Positions 43,572-54,952 of a stretch of DNA of 64,000 bases are shown piece by piece. The translations under genes and the position numbers were made by a program. Location: assembly GCA_000091205.1 (NCBI GenBank), contig AP006488.2; one strand, 5' to 3'. Below the pieces are notes generated by a model that was not told where the DNA came from, did not search any database, and saw nothing but the letters and a program-made list of their open reading frames with translations. This DNA comes from Cyanidioschyzon merolae (lineage: Eukaryota). The first letter of the stretch is position 1; each line of letters opens with the position of its first letter.

Positions 43572-45500
43572 ATGGCGAGTACTGGACCTGATTATTTGTT
43601 GTTTCTCGATATTCAGCGACTATTTGGGGATCGGGGTGCTTCTGAAGTCTTCCGTCTCGCGTGGCTGGTTGGTGATCGGCGCGCACGCGTTCTCGATGCC
43701 AAGCAGCTGTACGTGCGACCGGTCTCAGCTGCACTACGTCAGCGTCTGCGATCGCTCTTGCAGCCTTCGGATGCCGGGGCGGAGCGTATTGTAGAGGCAC
43801 TCGAGGCGGAGAGTGACAGGCGAGGCGTATATCCTGTACTCATCAGTAACGATATTGCAGTCATGTATAACTTAGTCGATGCAATCGAGGAGCTGGCCGC
43901 TTATTCGCGTCAAGCTTTTGTACAGTATGATCGTCGATTTGGGACCGTGGTCGCTAGCAAGGGAATTCTGATGCAGCTTGTACACGACTTGGAACAGCAG
44001 CTGCTCCAACAGGCGGCAGTAGGACCCGAATCCGAGACGGTCATTCGGAACTCGCTCGATTTGGTATTAGGGGACTACTACATATGTCCAGTGCGCAGCG
44101 CCGTCGGTGCAGATGCGTTTGCAGCCTGCCGAGAAATGCATACACGATTCGCCCAAGACGGAGGCATGTTTATCCCGGAACACTTTTCTTGGAATAGTGG
44201 ACTCATGCGATCGATGCCGCGAAACGGATACGCCTCGGGTACATTGCCATACATTGGAGCGGATATGATGGTGGGTGGCAGCTCATGGCCCGGAGCATTC
44301 ATGCCTGCACAAAGCGTGGCCATGGGCATTCCTGCGCAAATGCCACCCGTGAGGAGCCACCGAGATGCGCTTGGCATCGGAACGCCATTTGCCGGTGGCG
44401 AATTGCTGGGGACAGCAAGTACCGCTCGAGCACCACAGTCAGTGGTTATCCCGTCCTCGACCGCTAGTGCGGCAAGCACTGTAGCACCGGCAACACCGGT
44501 AGGCAGCGTCGTGCGCCTACGAGGCTTGCCATGGTCTGCGACTACGCGTGACGTTGCTGAATGGATTCGACAGCCGCCCGCGAAGGCCACGATGGGTGCA
44601 GACTCGTCCTTATTGGAGGATTTCATTCGCCGCCCGCTGCAGGTTCTCCCCGGAGGCATTGTGTTCGTCTACAATCACCAGGGGCGCAAAACTGGCGAGG
44701 TCTTCGTTCAGTTTGCCTCTCCAGAAGATGCCTCACGATGCCTCCACAAGCACGAGGATCGCATGGGCCATCGCTATATTGAAGTTTTCCTGTCATCACA
44801 CCAGGACATGTGGAATCTACTCAGCCGCTACGAGGCAAAAAGGGCCGCCCTCGGTCTAGGAGCAGCCGGGAGCCCCGCAGCAACCAGTGGGGCACAAGTA
44901 CGAAACGGTAACCGCACGGATCGTGAGCTGGGGTTGAGCCCAGCTAACGTATCCCAGCAAGCGAGCGCGGTAGCGATGGGTGTCCCGCTTCGTCAACCAG
45001 GCGACTGGACGCCAAGTTCGGCGACATTCCGGCCCGAGATGGTGTCGCACACACCACCGGAAGGGCTTGCGCCTGTCGTCCAGGCTGGAACTTCAGCATC
45101 TACTCGTGAAGGCCCCATGGACCTGATGTCGGCGACACAGTCTCCTTGTCTGCGTCTTTCGGGAGTCGATGCCACCGTCACAGAGCGTGACGTGCATCGT
45201 TTCATAGCCCCGTTCCAGCTGGATACCAGCCAAGGTGCAAGCATACTCGCTTGCTTCGCTGATCATGGGGTCAGAGTGCCTCCGGGGACCACAATCCCTC
45301 CGGTCTTCACGGTGCGCAACAGCACCGGTCAACCGAGTGGTGAATTCACCCTCGTTTTTCAAAACGTATCGGAGCGAGATCGAGCCCTTTGCAAGTCGGG
45401 GCAATTGCTGGGATCCCGTCCAGTCAAACTCTCCAGCATTTCTTGTTTCGAACTCGCTGCCGCCTTGGGTATACTTGGAATCACTAGAGCTGGGGTGTAA
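43572..45500 (+). CDS. hnRNP F/H / GRSF1-like RNA-binding protein with quasi-RRM domains
   Basis: Two qRRM-like modules: 'VVRLRGLPWSATTRDVAEWI...GIVFVYNHQGRKTGEVFVQFASPEDASRCLHKHEDRMGHRYIEVFLSS' and 'CLRLSGVDATVTERDVHRFIAPF...FTVRNSTGQPSGEFTLVFQNVSERDRALCKSGQLLGSRPVKLS'. The N-terminal ~280 aa are of unknown function. Confidence 0.65.
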   Translation: MASTGPDYLLFLDIQRLFGDRGASEVFRLAWLVGDRRARVLDAKQLYVRPVSAALRQRLRSLLQPSDAGAERIVEALEAESDRRGVYPVLISNDIAVMYNLVDAIEELAAYSRQAFVQYDRRFGTVVASKGILMQLVHDLEQQLLQQAAVGPESETVIRNSLDLVLGDYYICPVRSAVGADAFAACREMHTRFAQDGGMFIPEHFSWNSGLMRSMPRNGYASGTLPYIGADMMVGGSSWPGAFMPAQSVAMGIPAQMPPVRSHRDALGIGTPFAGGELLGTASTARAPQSVVIPSSTASAASTVAPATPVGSVVRLRGLPWSATTRDVAEWIRQPPAKATMGADSSLLEDFIRRPLQVLPGGIVFVYNHQGRKTGEVFVQFASPEDASRCLHKHEDRMGHRYIEVFLSSHQDMWNLLSRYEAKRAALGLGAAGSPAATSGAQVRNGNRTDRELGLSPANVSQQASAVAMGVPLRQPGDWTPSSATFRPEMVSHTPPEGLAPVVQAGTSASTREGPMDLMSATQSPCLRLSGVDATVTERDVHRFIAPFQLDTSQGASILACFADHGVRVPPGTTIPPVFTVRNSTGQPSGEFTLVFQNVSERDRALCKSGQLLGSRPVKLSSISCFELAAALGILGITRAGV

Positions 45501-46639
45501 ATGACACAACTGCTCGTGAAGACCACCACTAGATAAGCTCATAGTGCAGAGGAGCCCGCGCTTTTCGCTGGCTCGCCCAGCGACTTTATCTTGAGGCAGA
45601 GGTAGTTCACAGTTGAAGGGCTTCCTGGGAACCGAGAGCGGGAGCTCCAGATTCCCATCTTTTCCGGGTTTTGCGCTCTCGTTTGGACTCCATCCAGGGT
45701 AGGCAGTTGCACGTGTCCCGCGGAATCGACTGCGATGTACGGCGGCCTGTCCGCCGTGTTGCTTGACAGCAAAGGTTGAAGAAACGATGTTCATCTGCCT
45801 TCACTCTACACAGAAAACAGCTTCCTTTGAAAGCGGAGACCGGACAATATCTTGGAAATGGACCCTATACAAAACCCCGTAAACAGTGTAGCCAACAATG
45901 GCGACGCATCGACAATGGCACCCTTCCCCAGAAACCAGTTCCCGCAGATGCTGATCTGGCAACCTAGACCCGAGGCTGGTTTGAGGCACTGTTGCAGACG
46001 ATGTTTTTTTTTCTCGTTTGTGCGCATTTGCTACCCTTAGAGTCGGCACTGTTGGCTCACCGGTAACCGGCGAGTTTGATCAACTCGTGTGTCGCACAGA
46101 GCAGAAGCGCGCTTCTGACGTCATGAACGAGTGAAAAACTGTTTCGTATCGATGAAGTAGAATTCAAGTCCCCAAACAGCTTCCTTTTTGATATATGGAT
46201 ATGGGTACGAGCAGGGAAACGGACCCCAGCACCTCTGCAGACGCGCCCGAGTTCCAAGTGCCGTACACCTCTATGAAAGCTCGTCGCACCTGGTTCAGGG
46301 ACGGTGCCGTCGCAAACGCAAAACACACACGAGAGATTATCGAGACATAGCACATTTTCAGGGAGTCGCCAGCTCCTTTAGCTATCCTCGAGTCTTTATG
46401 GCGCAGTGCTTAAGAAGCGAACATGTTTCGCGAGCATAGGGAAAGTGAATATCCATTCAGAGTCACCTACCAGCCTTTTTTGACCGGCTGCCTGCAACCG
46501 GTTTCAGCTTCTTCTTGTACACTTCGAGTATGACTGGCTACCCTAGGAATTTGGATCGCGTCAGCACCTTGGGGCTCTTCCTCAGAACCGCACATCTTCT
46601 GATATTGACAGCGGCGTTCCAGTCTCGGTTCACGACCTC

Positions 46640-47730
46640 CATGCGTTAGGTGCCACTGACGGAACGCACCAGTGCAGGGGGTCGTCGATGTCGCACCCTT
46701 GGTGCCCTTCTCGCTCTGTCAGCGCTCCGTGCTTTTCTATTGCCGGAGCGCTCCACTGACTCTTCCCGACCGCGACTCTCTGAAGTGTACACCCCAGCGC
46801 ATCCTTTGGATTGTGATTTCTTCAAATGAACGCTCTTGTTTATGCCTCTAGGTAAGGTCCGTTTCTGGAGAAGACGGACTTGCGGAAGAAAGACGACATC
46901 CACCCGGGCGTGACACTGTGTGCTGAAAGCTTCAGCGATTCGCCCAGTGGAGCGATCATCAGCTTGCAGGATAGAAAAGGCTCCTTCGATTCTGTTCAGC
47001 CACGGAGCGTACGGAGGAATGGAACGCAGCTCGAATCCGCGGCAGCATCGGCCAAAGCTCGAACGTATGCGACGTGGAGGAATACCACGTTCTCCCATAG
47101 AGGGATGCTACCAGGCGTCAGGGACAAAGGTCTTCAACAATTCGATAAAGTTGTTGCTGTAGTAGGAGCCTTCCCTACGAGCGAAACTGAGCACGCTACT
47201 GGAATCCGCTTCAGTTAGAACAGATGATGATATCCTCGTTCTCTTCGAATTCGATCGTTCATACAACGTGCGCCCTGCGCTGCGGATACCTGTAGATGCT
47301 CCGATCGTTTCGGCCGAAGCAAGTCTCATGGACTGAAACAACAACAAACCAGTACTACTCTGCTTCATACAGATCGCGACGCTCTAGAGACACTGCCGTT
47401 GCGACTTTGGTGCAAGATGGCCATGCATGAAATCGGACGGTTTGGCGACTGAATCGCTGTGTTTTCAGGACCACACAAACGAGATGTTGATAAGCAGCGA
47501 CGCCCATGGTGGCTTCTACCGTCGCTCCAGCTTCCCCTGAAATGATCAATCGGTCGTTTTCTACCATAGATCCGAAGCACGCTTTAAGAATGTCTTTTTT
47601 TAGCGCGGAGCGCATCCACTTGTTTGTCACTGTGTTCCCCAACCATCTGCGTACTGTGGCATGACTGACCAGAAAGAGGAACGCAGTCCTCGTTCTACTG
47701 TTCCGTACTAAATGCGTATCCAACGGGCAA
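46640..47730 (-). mobile_element. Tc1/mariner (IS630-like) DDE transposase remnant, copy B (inverted relative to copy A)
   Basis: Minus-strand frames: 'AFLFLVSHATVRRWLGNTVTNKWMRSALKKDILKACFGSMVENDRL', 'FQSMRLASAETIGASTGI', 'PPYAPWLNRIEGAFSILQ'. The antisense peptide 'RKKDDIHPGVTLCAESFSDSPSGAIISLQDRKGSFDSVQPRSV' mirrors the antisense peptide of copy A, 'WKRDDMCPGGSPCAERFSESPIGAMTTFHDRADSLDGVDQRKV'. Confidence 0.65.
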
Positions 47731-48949
47731 CTCGTCTACGATTGATTCAGTACATGGCATCCGGAATTCGATCTCCTGCTATATACCACATCTGAGGGTG
47801 AATCAAGATTGACTTGGGAGACTATGTTCATCGAACGAGTGCTGCAGAGCGTATCCATCGCTTGAACCGGTATTAGAGTTCGAATTTTTTGGAGATGTTT
47901 GTCTGATTGGATACGGCATCTCGGGTAGTTTCTAAAACCGGTTTATCGCTGCAGGTAATTCCAAAGTTTGGTACCTGTAATGCAGTTTCCTTCTCGTTGC
48001 GCGATGATTCCAGAGCGTAGGGCGCGGTGCATCGACCCCGTGAACCGCACGGTACGCCAACACTGTCCCGTTTCCGGATGACGCTCGATGCAGAATGCTT
48101 TCCTGCCCGGCACACGTACTGATCGAGCCTGCACTGGTCGGCAGAGCATCGGAATGGGGCTCATCGTGAGCCCGCCGAGGAACTACGGTCCATACCTGAA
48201 ACCGATGTGGGGTTTTGCGTAACCGAAGATACTCTGTTCAGACGCATCGGTGCTGCAGCGGAGAGAAACGAGCAACCCGCGGGCTACAGGTTATACCTGT
48301 ACCCCAGCGAGTGAAGCACCGATCCCGGGGAATGCATCGAAGAAATGTGGCATTTATGTGCATTGCAACACTCAAGCACAAAACCCTCAAAGCTCCTTAG
48401 AACGCTACAATGTTGGCTGGCGTGTCGAACACATGTAACGCGGTAGCGCTGCAGCAGCTCGAAGACGCACCGTTGACTCGTGTTCGTTGATTATTCTAGC
48501 AAGCAGCTTACGAGCAGATCGATAAACGATTGTTAATCATCGCCGCTAGCATGACGCTTGCTGTTGAGCGGAACCGCGCGGAATCGACCTGCGCCCCGCA
48601 CGACGGTACTTTTTGTTCTGCCGCCAGTGTGTGTGTGTGTGTGTGCTTCCGTTGCGTACAGCTAGTTCGTGGTGCATCTGCGTTTCCGGGCTCCATCCTG
48701 TATGAGACTTGAGATTCCGAGTTCTCCTGCACGCGTCTGGGAACGACTGTGGGTGCAACACGCGGCGGGCGCCCCTATTTTGTACACTGCTCGTCGGAGC
48801 GAGCAGGGAAACCAGAGCGCAAGCCGGGCAGTATCGCATTCGCAAAAGGAATCCCGTAAACGCGAAACAACGTCAAACACTCGCAGATACCAGCGTATCT
48901 GTCGGTTCTAGTCGCTGCATACAACCAGTGTCCGGACACAAATACACAC

Positions 48950-50236
48950 CTATTCAATACGCCCGGGGTTTGCGTTACGACTCTTGTGCGCATCGCTCGT
49001 CGCCGATAACCGCTCTGGAAGCTGGTCCACATGAAATGGGAACATTTCGCCCTCTGCTATCGCTCGAATGCCTTCACGATAGCTGGGGTACCACAGATCT
49101 GCCGAGCCGCCCAGCAGGACTGCCTTTGCCGTGTGGTTGCGGATGCGCTTCTGGAGGCGGGATTCCGAAGAAATCGCGCTTAACTGACCCGTTCTGGACT
49201 GCGCTGCATAGTCCTCAACCTGAGCACGCGTCGCAGGTTCATTGTCCACCAGGTTGAAGACGCCCTTTGCTCTCTGTGCAACACCGCTGAGCAGGAGACG
49301 CGCAGCGTCGGCAACGTGTATTCGATTCACCAGCGTATCACGCGGTCGCCGCGATCCTTGCCTAGTTTCGCTGTGCTCGTGGTAGGCCAACATCGTGTCC
49401 AGGACACTGCGACGTGTCCATCCACGCTTGCCTCTTAGCGATGGTGGAATCGGACCGTATACGGCCCCAAGTCGGAAGCGGGCGAGTCGCACTTCCAGTC
49501 GATGTGCGAGCTCTCCTGCTCGCTGTTCAGCCTGCCAACATGCCGCTGCTTTCTCTGTGGATAAGTCGAGTGGAGCGCTTTCGTCGATCCAGGACTCTCC
49601 TCCAGGCGCATACAGACTCGTGCTCGACAGGAGACCTATCCACCGTAACGAGGGGAGGAGTCCGTCTCCGACTACGTGCTCCAACCAGGAAATCCATTCG
49701 CCGTGCACAAGTACGTGTGTGATCAATTTCAGGTGATCTGGCTCAACACATTGTGAAAGCGACAGGCAAACTCGATCTTGGAGCAGCAGGCGATAGTCAG
49801 CGACCTCCGAACCCTGACGATAACACGCAACGACGCTTTGTGGCAAGGCTGGAGCCGAGTCTTCCGCGCCTGAATGTGGCTGCGGGCTTGTTTCACAGTG
49901 CTTTCCGTGCACCCAAAGGCAAGCCACTGCAGTGGTAACATAGCCCAGAGGCACAATGAGTAGGCTTGTTGGCGAGGTCTCGCGCTCAGTGACGAGCCTC
50001 CACGAGCTGAGACGGGACGCGAGCCCAGGACGTTGCAATCTACTGAGCGCTCTCAAGGGAAAGCGGTGACCTGGTAAAGTCCTCGTCGGCTGCTGCACGA
50101 AAAGAAGAGCAGGGTATGGTCTACCACGCCTTTGAACAGTGGTTTTCGCGGTTTGCATCAGTACGGCAAACGTCGAGCGTTCTTGGGAACGAGTTGTTGC
50201 TGCGAGCGTATACACCCTTGACAGAATAAAGCGCAA
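48950..50236 (-). CDS. NAD(P)-dependent epimerase/dehydratase-like (SDR39U1/YfcH-like) protein; 5' extent uncertain
   Basis: The C-terminal half reads 'ARFRLGAVYGP...RIHVADAARLLLSGVAQRAKGVFNLVDNEPATRAQVEDYAA', typical of the SDR epimerase family. A degenerate 'VLVHGEW' aligns to the Gly-rich NAD motif. The first ~100 codons of the ORF are probably not coding. Confidence 0.45.
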   Translation of the reverse strand: MRFILSRVYTLAATTRSQERSTFAVLMQTAKTTVQRRGRPYPALLFVQQPTRTLPGHRFPLRALSRLQRPGLASRLSSWRLVTERETSPTSLLIVPLGYVTTAVACLWVHGKHCETSPQPHSGAEDSAPALPQSVVACYRQGSEVADYRLLLQDRVCLSLSQCVEPDHLKLITHVLVHGEWISWLEHVVGDGLLPSLRWIGLLSSTSLYAPGGESWIDESAPLDLSTEKAAACWQAEQRAGELAHRLEVRLARFRLGAVYGPIPPSLRGKRGWTRRSVLDTMLAYHEHSETRQGSRRPRDTLVNRIHVADAARLLLSGVAQRAKGVFNLVDNEPATRAQVEDYAAQSRTGQLSAISSESRLQKRIRNHTAKAVLLGGSADLWYPSYREGIRAIAEGEMFPFHVDQLPERLSATSDAHKSRNANPGRIE

Positions 50237-52179
50237 AAGGACCTCTTAGCCAGCTCTGGTGGACACACCCAAGTGTGGAACTCTTCCAGCTATCATGAAA
50301 ACCAGCCTTTGCGGATTCTTTCTGCGACTGCTTCCCCTGCTACCGCTCATATGTCCGGCCAAGTGACGTCAGTCTCTGCATTCACACCTGCACGGCTTGC
50401 AGCACCCGACGAATATTCGCAGGAGTTTTCAAGTCCAGATTTGACCAGTTCCGACTCTCGTTGACGCATGTCATGAACTTTTGGAATTTGCGATTCATGT
50501 TTCGTCTGCCGTTCACAGCTTGTTTGTTTACAGCAACTGTGCATGATTCGCAGCCATGACATCTGATTGTGGTGAGGTGTTCTCCTATGCCAAGCACAGC
50601 TCCTCCTGTTCCTGTTCCTGTTCCTGTGAGGTCTCCCCTATCGCACGTGAACGCTTGCTCCGTCGCTCAGTGCATGCGAGTGACGGGTACAGAGGGCTCG
50701 TCACGATACTATACTCCCTTTTGCGCGTCTGCTACCGTACGCTGGGATCACGGGTTTCTTCTAGGCGACATCCTCAGGGGTTACGCTGCACGCTGTATGC
50801 CCAGGCATACGCTGGTCTATTTCACAGCGGATCTGTGGAACGCTGTGGTATCCATGACAGGAACAAGTACCGGAAGAATGATACAAGCGAGAGGCCGCTA
50901 AAATGAAAACCTTCTCTCCATGTACACTCCATTCATACAAAGCAGCGACGCACTCCACATTGAAAGCGCTCGTTACGATCACTCGAGTCCGAGCCCAGGA
51001 CCCTCATCCACGTAAACGGAAAAGACGCTCGCGCCCCTGCGAGCATACTCCGAGAAGGGCTTCATGCTGCTGTCTAATGCTGTGCCGTGGATGACGGCAA
51101 CGACAGATCGATTTGTCGCTCGAACTGCAAGGATTCTTTGATGTGACAAGTTTCGTGAGCTTGCGGCATACGCTTGTGAAGAGCCCGTAACGAAACGATA
51201 CCGAGTTATTCGTCCTCGTCAGTCGAGCGGCGCGTATCGCTGTGCCCACGAGTTGCCTTGAAACGTACAGATCAAAAACTTGGAGGATGCGTCATTGGGG
51301 CGTGCTTTTCTTAAAAAAACAGAAGCGTCAAGGCCGATCCCTCCGCCTTGGATACTGGTATCGATTATTTTACGAACCCCTGTTCCGGGGCGTCGCAAGC
51401 GATCGTAGGTCCGGTGACGAAGCGCACCCCGACGACAACACGTCGAAGGAGCCGCTTCCAAAACTACGACCGAGAATCCGAAACCTATGCATCCATCGGC
51501 AAGTGCATATGCCTGCGCTTTGTGTTTCTCGATGTTGCCCATTCGAAACCAGATTAGAGAAAACGAAAAGCCATGAAAAGCGCTAGCAATGCAGTGTTCC
51601 AGGTTCACCTAACACTGGTATAGAGGATGCCTGCACAACAGCGCTGATGCAAAGTTCGTACGGTATCCCAATTTTCCTCGCCATTGCCTGATGTATAAAA
51701 CGTGTTACCTGGATTAGAGTGAATGAGTGACACTTACCAGACGTCTTGCATTTCCAGGAAAAATGGCTTCTGGGAACGCACAACGCACCCTTCTGAGTGC
51801 CTGCAGCGTTCACGTTGATGCGTTCACATAACAAGTTGCAGGTTTCGCCTCAGCCGGTGACAGAATAGGGCGCAAACTCTTTTCCGTGCGGCGAAAGATG
51901 GGCACGCGTGCATCACCTGGGCACGAAGCATCCGAAACTGATGCATTCCACCAAAAAAAGTGTCACTGCAAAACTGTGCCGGTTTCACTGCGTCTCTGTG
52001 GCACAGTCGCTGTCCAGTTCGCAGGCTCGGGGGCGACGAGACCCGTGTTCTCTCGGAGGATACCCTGGACCGGCGCTGGCAGTCGAGACAACCCGGTAGG
52101 GGCTCTCTCGCCCAGAGACGCCTCGTAGATGCGGCGAGTTGCATCCAGTTGCAACAAGCGACTGTGGATCGCCGTCCGT

Positions 52180-54504
52180 CTAGGGAGCAACATTCAGCAG
52201 GAGACGCCACAGCGCATAGTTCGGCAGACCAATGAGCCCGGTCTCGCGGCGAATGCATTCAAGCATCTCGTAAAGCCGCTCTCGCGGGGCCTCCCGATCC
52301 GTAGAAACCGCTCGTTGTGAAAGCACGGCAAGAACAGTGGCCAGCACACGATAGCTTCCAGCGCTTGTGAAATAGACAGCGCTTCCTCGCTGCAGCACCG
52401 CTTCTGCTGTCGCCACAGCTTTCAAAAGCGCACCTTGATCTGTACCCGTTTCTGCGGCAAGTGACCCGTCATCGGGCCATTCTGCTGTCATCAAGAGGCG
52501 ATTGCTGGGCAATGGCACCAGAAGCAGACGAATGCCCAGGCGCGTCGCACTTACTTGGAGCTGTTCCCGCTCCGCTGGGTTTGTACAGTGGACACGTTCG
52601 TGTGGTAGAAAAACGATCACGAGTCCGAGTGACCGGTCGGTAGACGCGGCTACGAGTGAAACGAGCGTCGTTTGGAGCTGTGTCGCAGAGAGGAAGGGGC
52701 CCACAAGCACTGCAGGATTCACCGATAAGCTGATCAAGGTTGGCGTTGTTGCCGTACTCGGCGGCGAAACGATATCCTCGCATACCATCGTGTGATTCAG
52801 ACAAGTGGTTTCATCGCACAAACGTCGAAATCGTGTCGGTCGATGTTCGTACTGAATAGCGTCTTCTGCTTCCGATTCTATTGCGTAGATATATTCCACG
52901 TCATCCCACGGCGGTCGGACAATGCTGAGTTCCCAGGTATCGGGCTCCGAGGCCGCACGCTGTAAGGCCACAAGACCTGGTTGCGTCCATAGCCCCAGTT
53001 GATACACGTCGCCGGTGGCGTAGACTTTCTTGATCAAATGCTCGGGTTGAGCAGGAGCCACTGGCCTTTCGATATGCACGCGCAACTTGATCAACGTAAA
53101 AGCATCTTGCACTGCTTCAATGTAGTCGTGAACTCGAACCGGTTTGGAAGCACTCGAACGCGAGACCGAGCGAACTCGAGGACGAAAAGCATCCAACCAT
53201 GCGTTATCCGTTGAGGAGTGTCGCAGTATCGATTCAGCTGTGGTGATAGAGGCTGCGCCTGTGCGTTGCACGCTGTATGCAGGCACTTCAAATATTACTC
53301 GTGTTGCGCGTCGATCACCTAAACGGTCGTCGAGAAAGAAATATACGTAGCGAATGGATTCGCTGGTGAGTGCGCCCGTCGAAAACAGCGCTACAGTCAG
53401 GTAAAATGTGCGTCGCTGAACAGAGAATTCCAGCTTACGAGCGACGTTCAGATTCCAGCTTCCCAACTCCATCATGTTGCCTGTCATGCAAAGACTCAAG
53501 TGATTCGCAGCGGCTTCCATTTGTTGTAGCACGCTGTCGTCACACTGAACGGCAAAATGAATGCATACATGTCCGGGTGATGAGGTTCTCTCGGCAACAG
53601 CGGTATCCGTTTGTTGCGCTAGCACGCTGCTCGCCGGCATGTGTGCGGCTTTCTCTAGGAAAGGTGCTGCTGAGTGGTGTGCACCACCAGCACGCAACAC
53701 GGAAGCGCTGCTGGTGCTCTCTAGGAAAGGTGATGCTGAGTCGTGTACACCACCAGCATGCAACACGGAAGCGCTGCTGCTGCTGCTGTTGTTGTTGTTG
53801 TTGTCCGTCGCAGCAACGCGAGTATCGCATTCCGTTCGTGTGAGGGAAGGCAGCGGTTCCGCCTCCGCCTTTGGCGATGGGGTGACTCGACTCGCTGGCG
53901 GCGTCCGTAGCCTTACGTCCAAGCGAGGGTGCACGGTGTGCGCACTCATAGAGCACTGCTTCGACGCCAGCGCTGCCTCGATATGCTCTTTCTGTGACCG
54001 GGTTTGCAAGCGAGGACGCAGTGCAGAAGCGCCTGGCAAGACGTCCAGCTGGAGCACCAGCGCTGGCGCGAAGTATGTGCTTCTCTTGGGCAAAAACTGG
54101 CTAGAGACGGACTGCCATATCGACGCATAGCGGTTCTCAAGCGCAGCCAACCGAGCAAGCTTCCAGTTCGAGGCGGTTCCTTGGAAACAGTTTGGAACCT
54201 CAAGCGCTGTGAGTCGAAGCGTGCTCACTGCTTCAGGGTCCCTGGCAAGGAATCCAACACTCGGTACTCTCGCTTGTATAAGCCGCTCAAGTTCCAATGA
54301 ACCAGACGGCACTTGCCCTTCGTCCGGGCGTTTCAAGCTCTCTGACGCCGGTGTCAGGTTCCAGACTGCGTCGCGAGGCGATAGCCTCCGCTCGGAGACA
54401 CGGCAGGAAAGCCGTTGTTCCCATTCCAGTTTATGTGCTGAGAGGTCCGTACAGTCCAAGAAGACTCTCGTCCCGTAGTGGAACGGAGGTGCTGCAGTAG
54501 CCAT
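52180..54504 (-). CDS. Tandem CBM20-like (starch/glucan-binding) domain protein with a C-terminal HCx5R phosphatase-like motif; possible laforin-like glucan phosphatase
   Basis: Two CBM20-like segments: 'HFAVQCDDSVLQQMEAAANHLSLCMTGNMMELGSWNLNVARKL...FYLTVALFS...IRYVYFF' and 'VYATGDVYQLGLWTQPGLVALQRAASEPDTWELSIVRPPWDDVEYIYAIE'. Downstream is 'VHCTNPAER' (CX5R). An internal ~30-aa duplication ('SSASVLHAGGVHDSASPFLE' / 'SSASVLRAGGAHHSAAPFLE') sits between the N-terminal region and the CBM20 pair. The domain order, CBM then phosphatase motif, is as in laforin. Confidence 0.5.
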   Translation of the reverse strand: MATAAPPFHYGTRVFLDCTDLSAHKLEWEQRLSCRVSERRLSPRDAVWNLTPASESLKRPDEGQVPSGSLELERLIQARVPSVGFLARDPEAVSTLRLTALEVPNCFQGTASNWKLARLAALENRYASIWQSVSSQFLPKRSTYFAPALVLQLDVLPGASALRPRLQTRSQKEHIEAALASKQCSMSAHTVHPRLDVRLRTPPASRVTPSPKAEAEPLPSLTRTECDTRVAATDNNNNNSSSSSASVLHAGGVHDSASPFLESTSSASVLRAGGAHHSAAPFLEKAAHMPASSVLAQQTDTAVAERTSSPGHVCIHFAVQCDDSVLQQMEAAANHLSLCMTGNMMELGSWNLNVARKLEFSVQRRTFYLTVALFSTGALTSESIRYVYFFLDDRLGDRRATRVIFEVPAYSVQRTGAASITTAESILRHSSTDNAWLDAFRPRVRSVSRSSASKPVRVHDYIEAVQDAFTLIKLRVHIERPVAPAQPEHLIKKVYATGDVYQLGLWTQPGLVALQRAASEPDTWELSIVRPPWDDVEYIYAIESEAEDAIQYEHRPTRFRRLCDETTCLNHTMVCEDIVSPPSTATTPTLISLSVNPAVLVGPFLSATQLQTTLVSLVAASTDRSLGLVIVFLPHERVHCTNPAEREQLQVSATRLGIRLLLVPLPSNRLLMTAEWPDDGSLAAETGTDQGALLKAVATAEAVLQRGSAVYFTSAGSYRVLATVLAVLSQRAVSTDREAPRERLYEMLECIRRETGLIGLPNYALWRLLLNVAP

Positions 54505-54526
54505 GCACTTTCAAAGGCGAGCACAC

Positions 54527-54834
54527 GCCCTTCTCGAGCGCAGTACACTGCGACCTTTTCTGAACCGCTGTTGTTACCAGCTTCAACAGCCTTAGCCTCT
54601 AAGGTTTGGCTTTGGCGACCCAGTGCAGTGCCCTTCTCGAGCGCAGTACACTGCGACCTTTTCTGAACCGCTGTTGTTACCAGCTTCAACAGCCTTAGCC
54701 TCTAAGGTTTGGCTTTGGCGACCCAGTGCAGTGCCCTTCTCGAGCGCAGTACACTGCGACCTTTTCTGAACCGCTGTTGTTACCAGCTTCAACAGCCGTA
54801 GCCTCTAAGGTTTGGCTTTGGCGATCCAGTGCAG
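54527..54834. repeat. Tandem repeat, 103-bp unit x ~3, filling the divergent intergenic region between the 52180-54504 (-) and 54953-57694 (+) genes
   Basis: 'ttctcgagcgcagtacactg' recurs at 54531, 54634 and 54737, an exact 103-bp period. The unit is 'cccttctcgagcgcagtacactgcgaccttttctgaaccgctgttgttaccagcttcaacagccttagcctctaaggtttggctttggcgacccagtgcagtg'. It produces the repeated pseudo-ORFs 54354-54982. Confidence 0.9.
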
Positions 54835-54952
54835 CGTTTGCGGCGACGCCATAGCACCACAGCACCAGTTGTCTACGGAAGCCGTCTGGGGCTTGACGCG
54901 TTCCTGAAGCGTACTTTTCAGACTTTAGCGCTTCTATCAGTTTGCTTTTGGA

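Noticed and set aside
46385-46440. tRNA-like strings ('ggcgcagtg' near 46.39 kb; 'gagttcgaatt' T-loop-like near 47.87 kb)
   Set aside because: No acceptor stem/D-arm/anticodon-arm cloverleaf could be built around either; no supportable tRNA or rRNA in the window.
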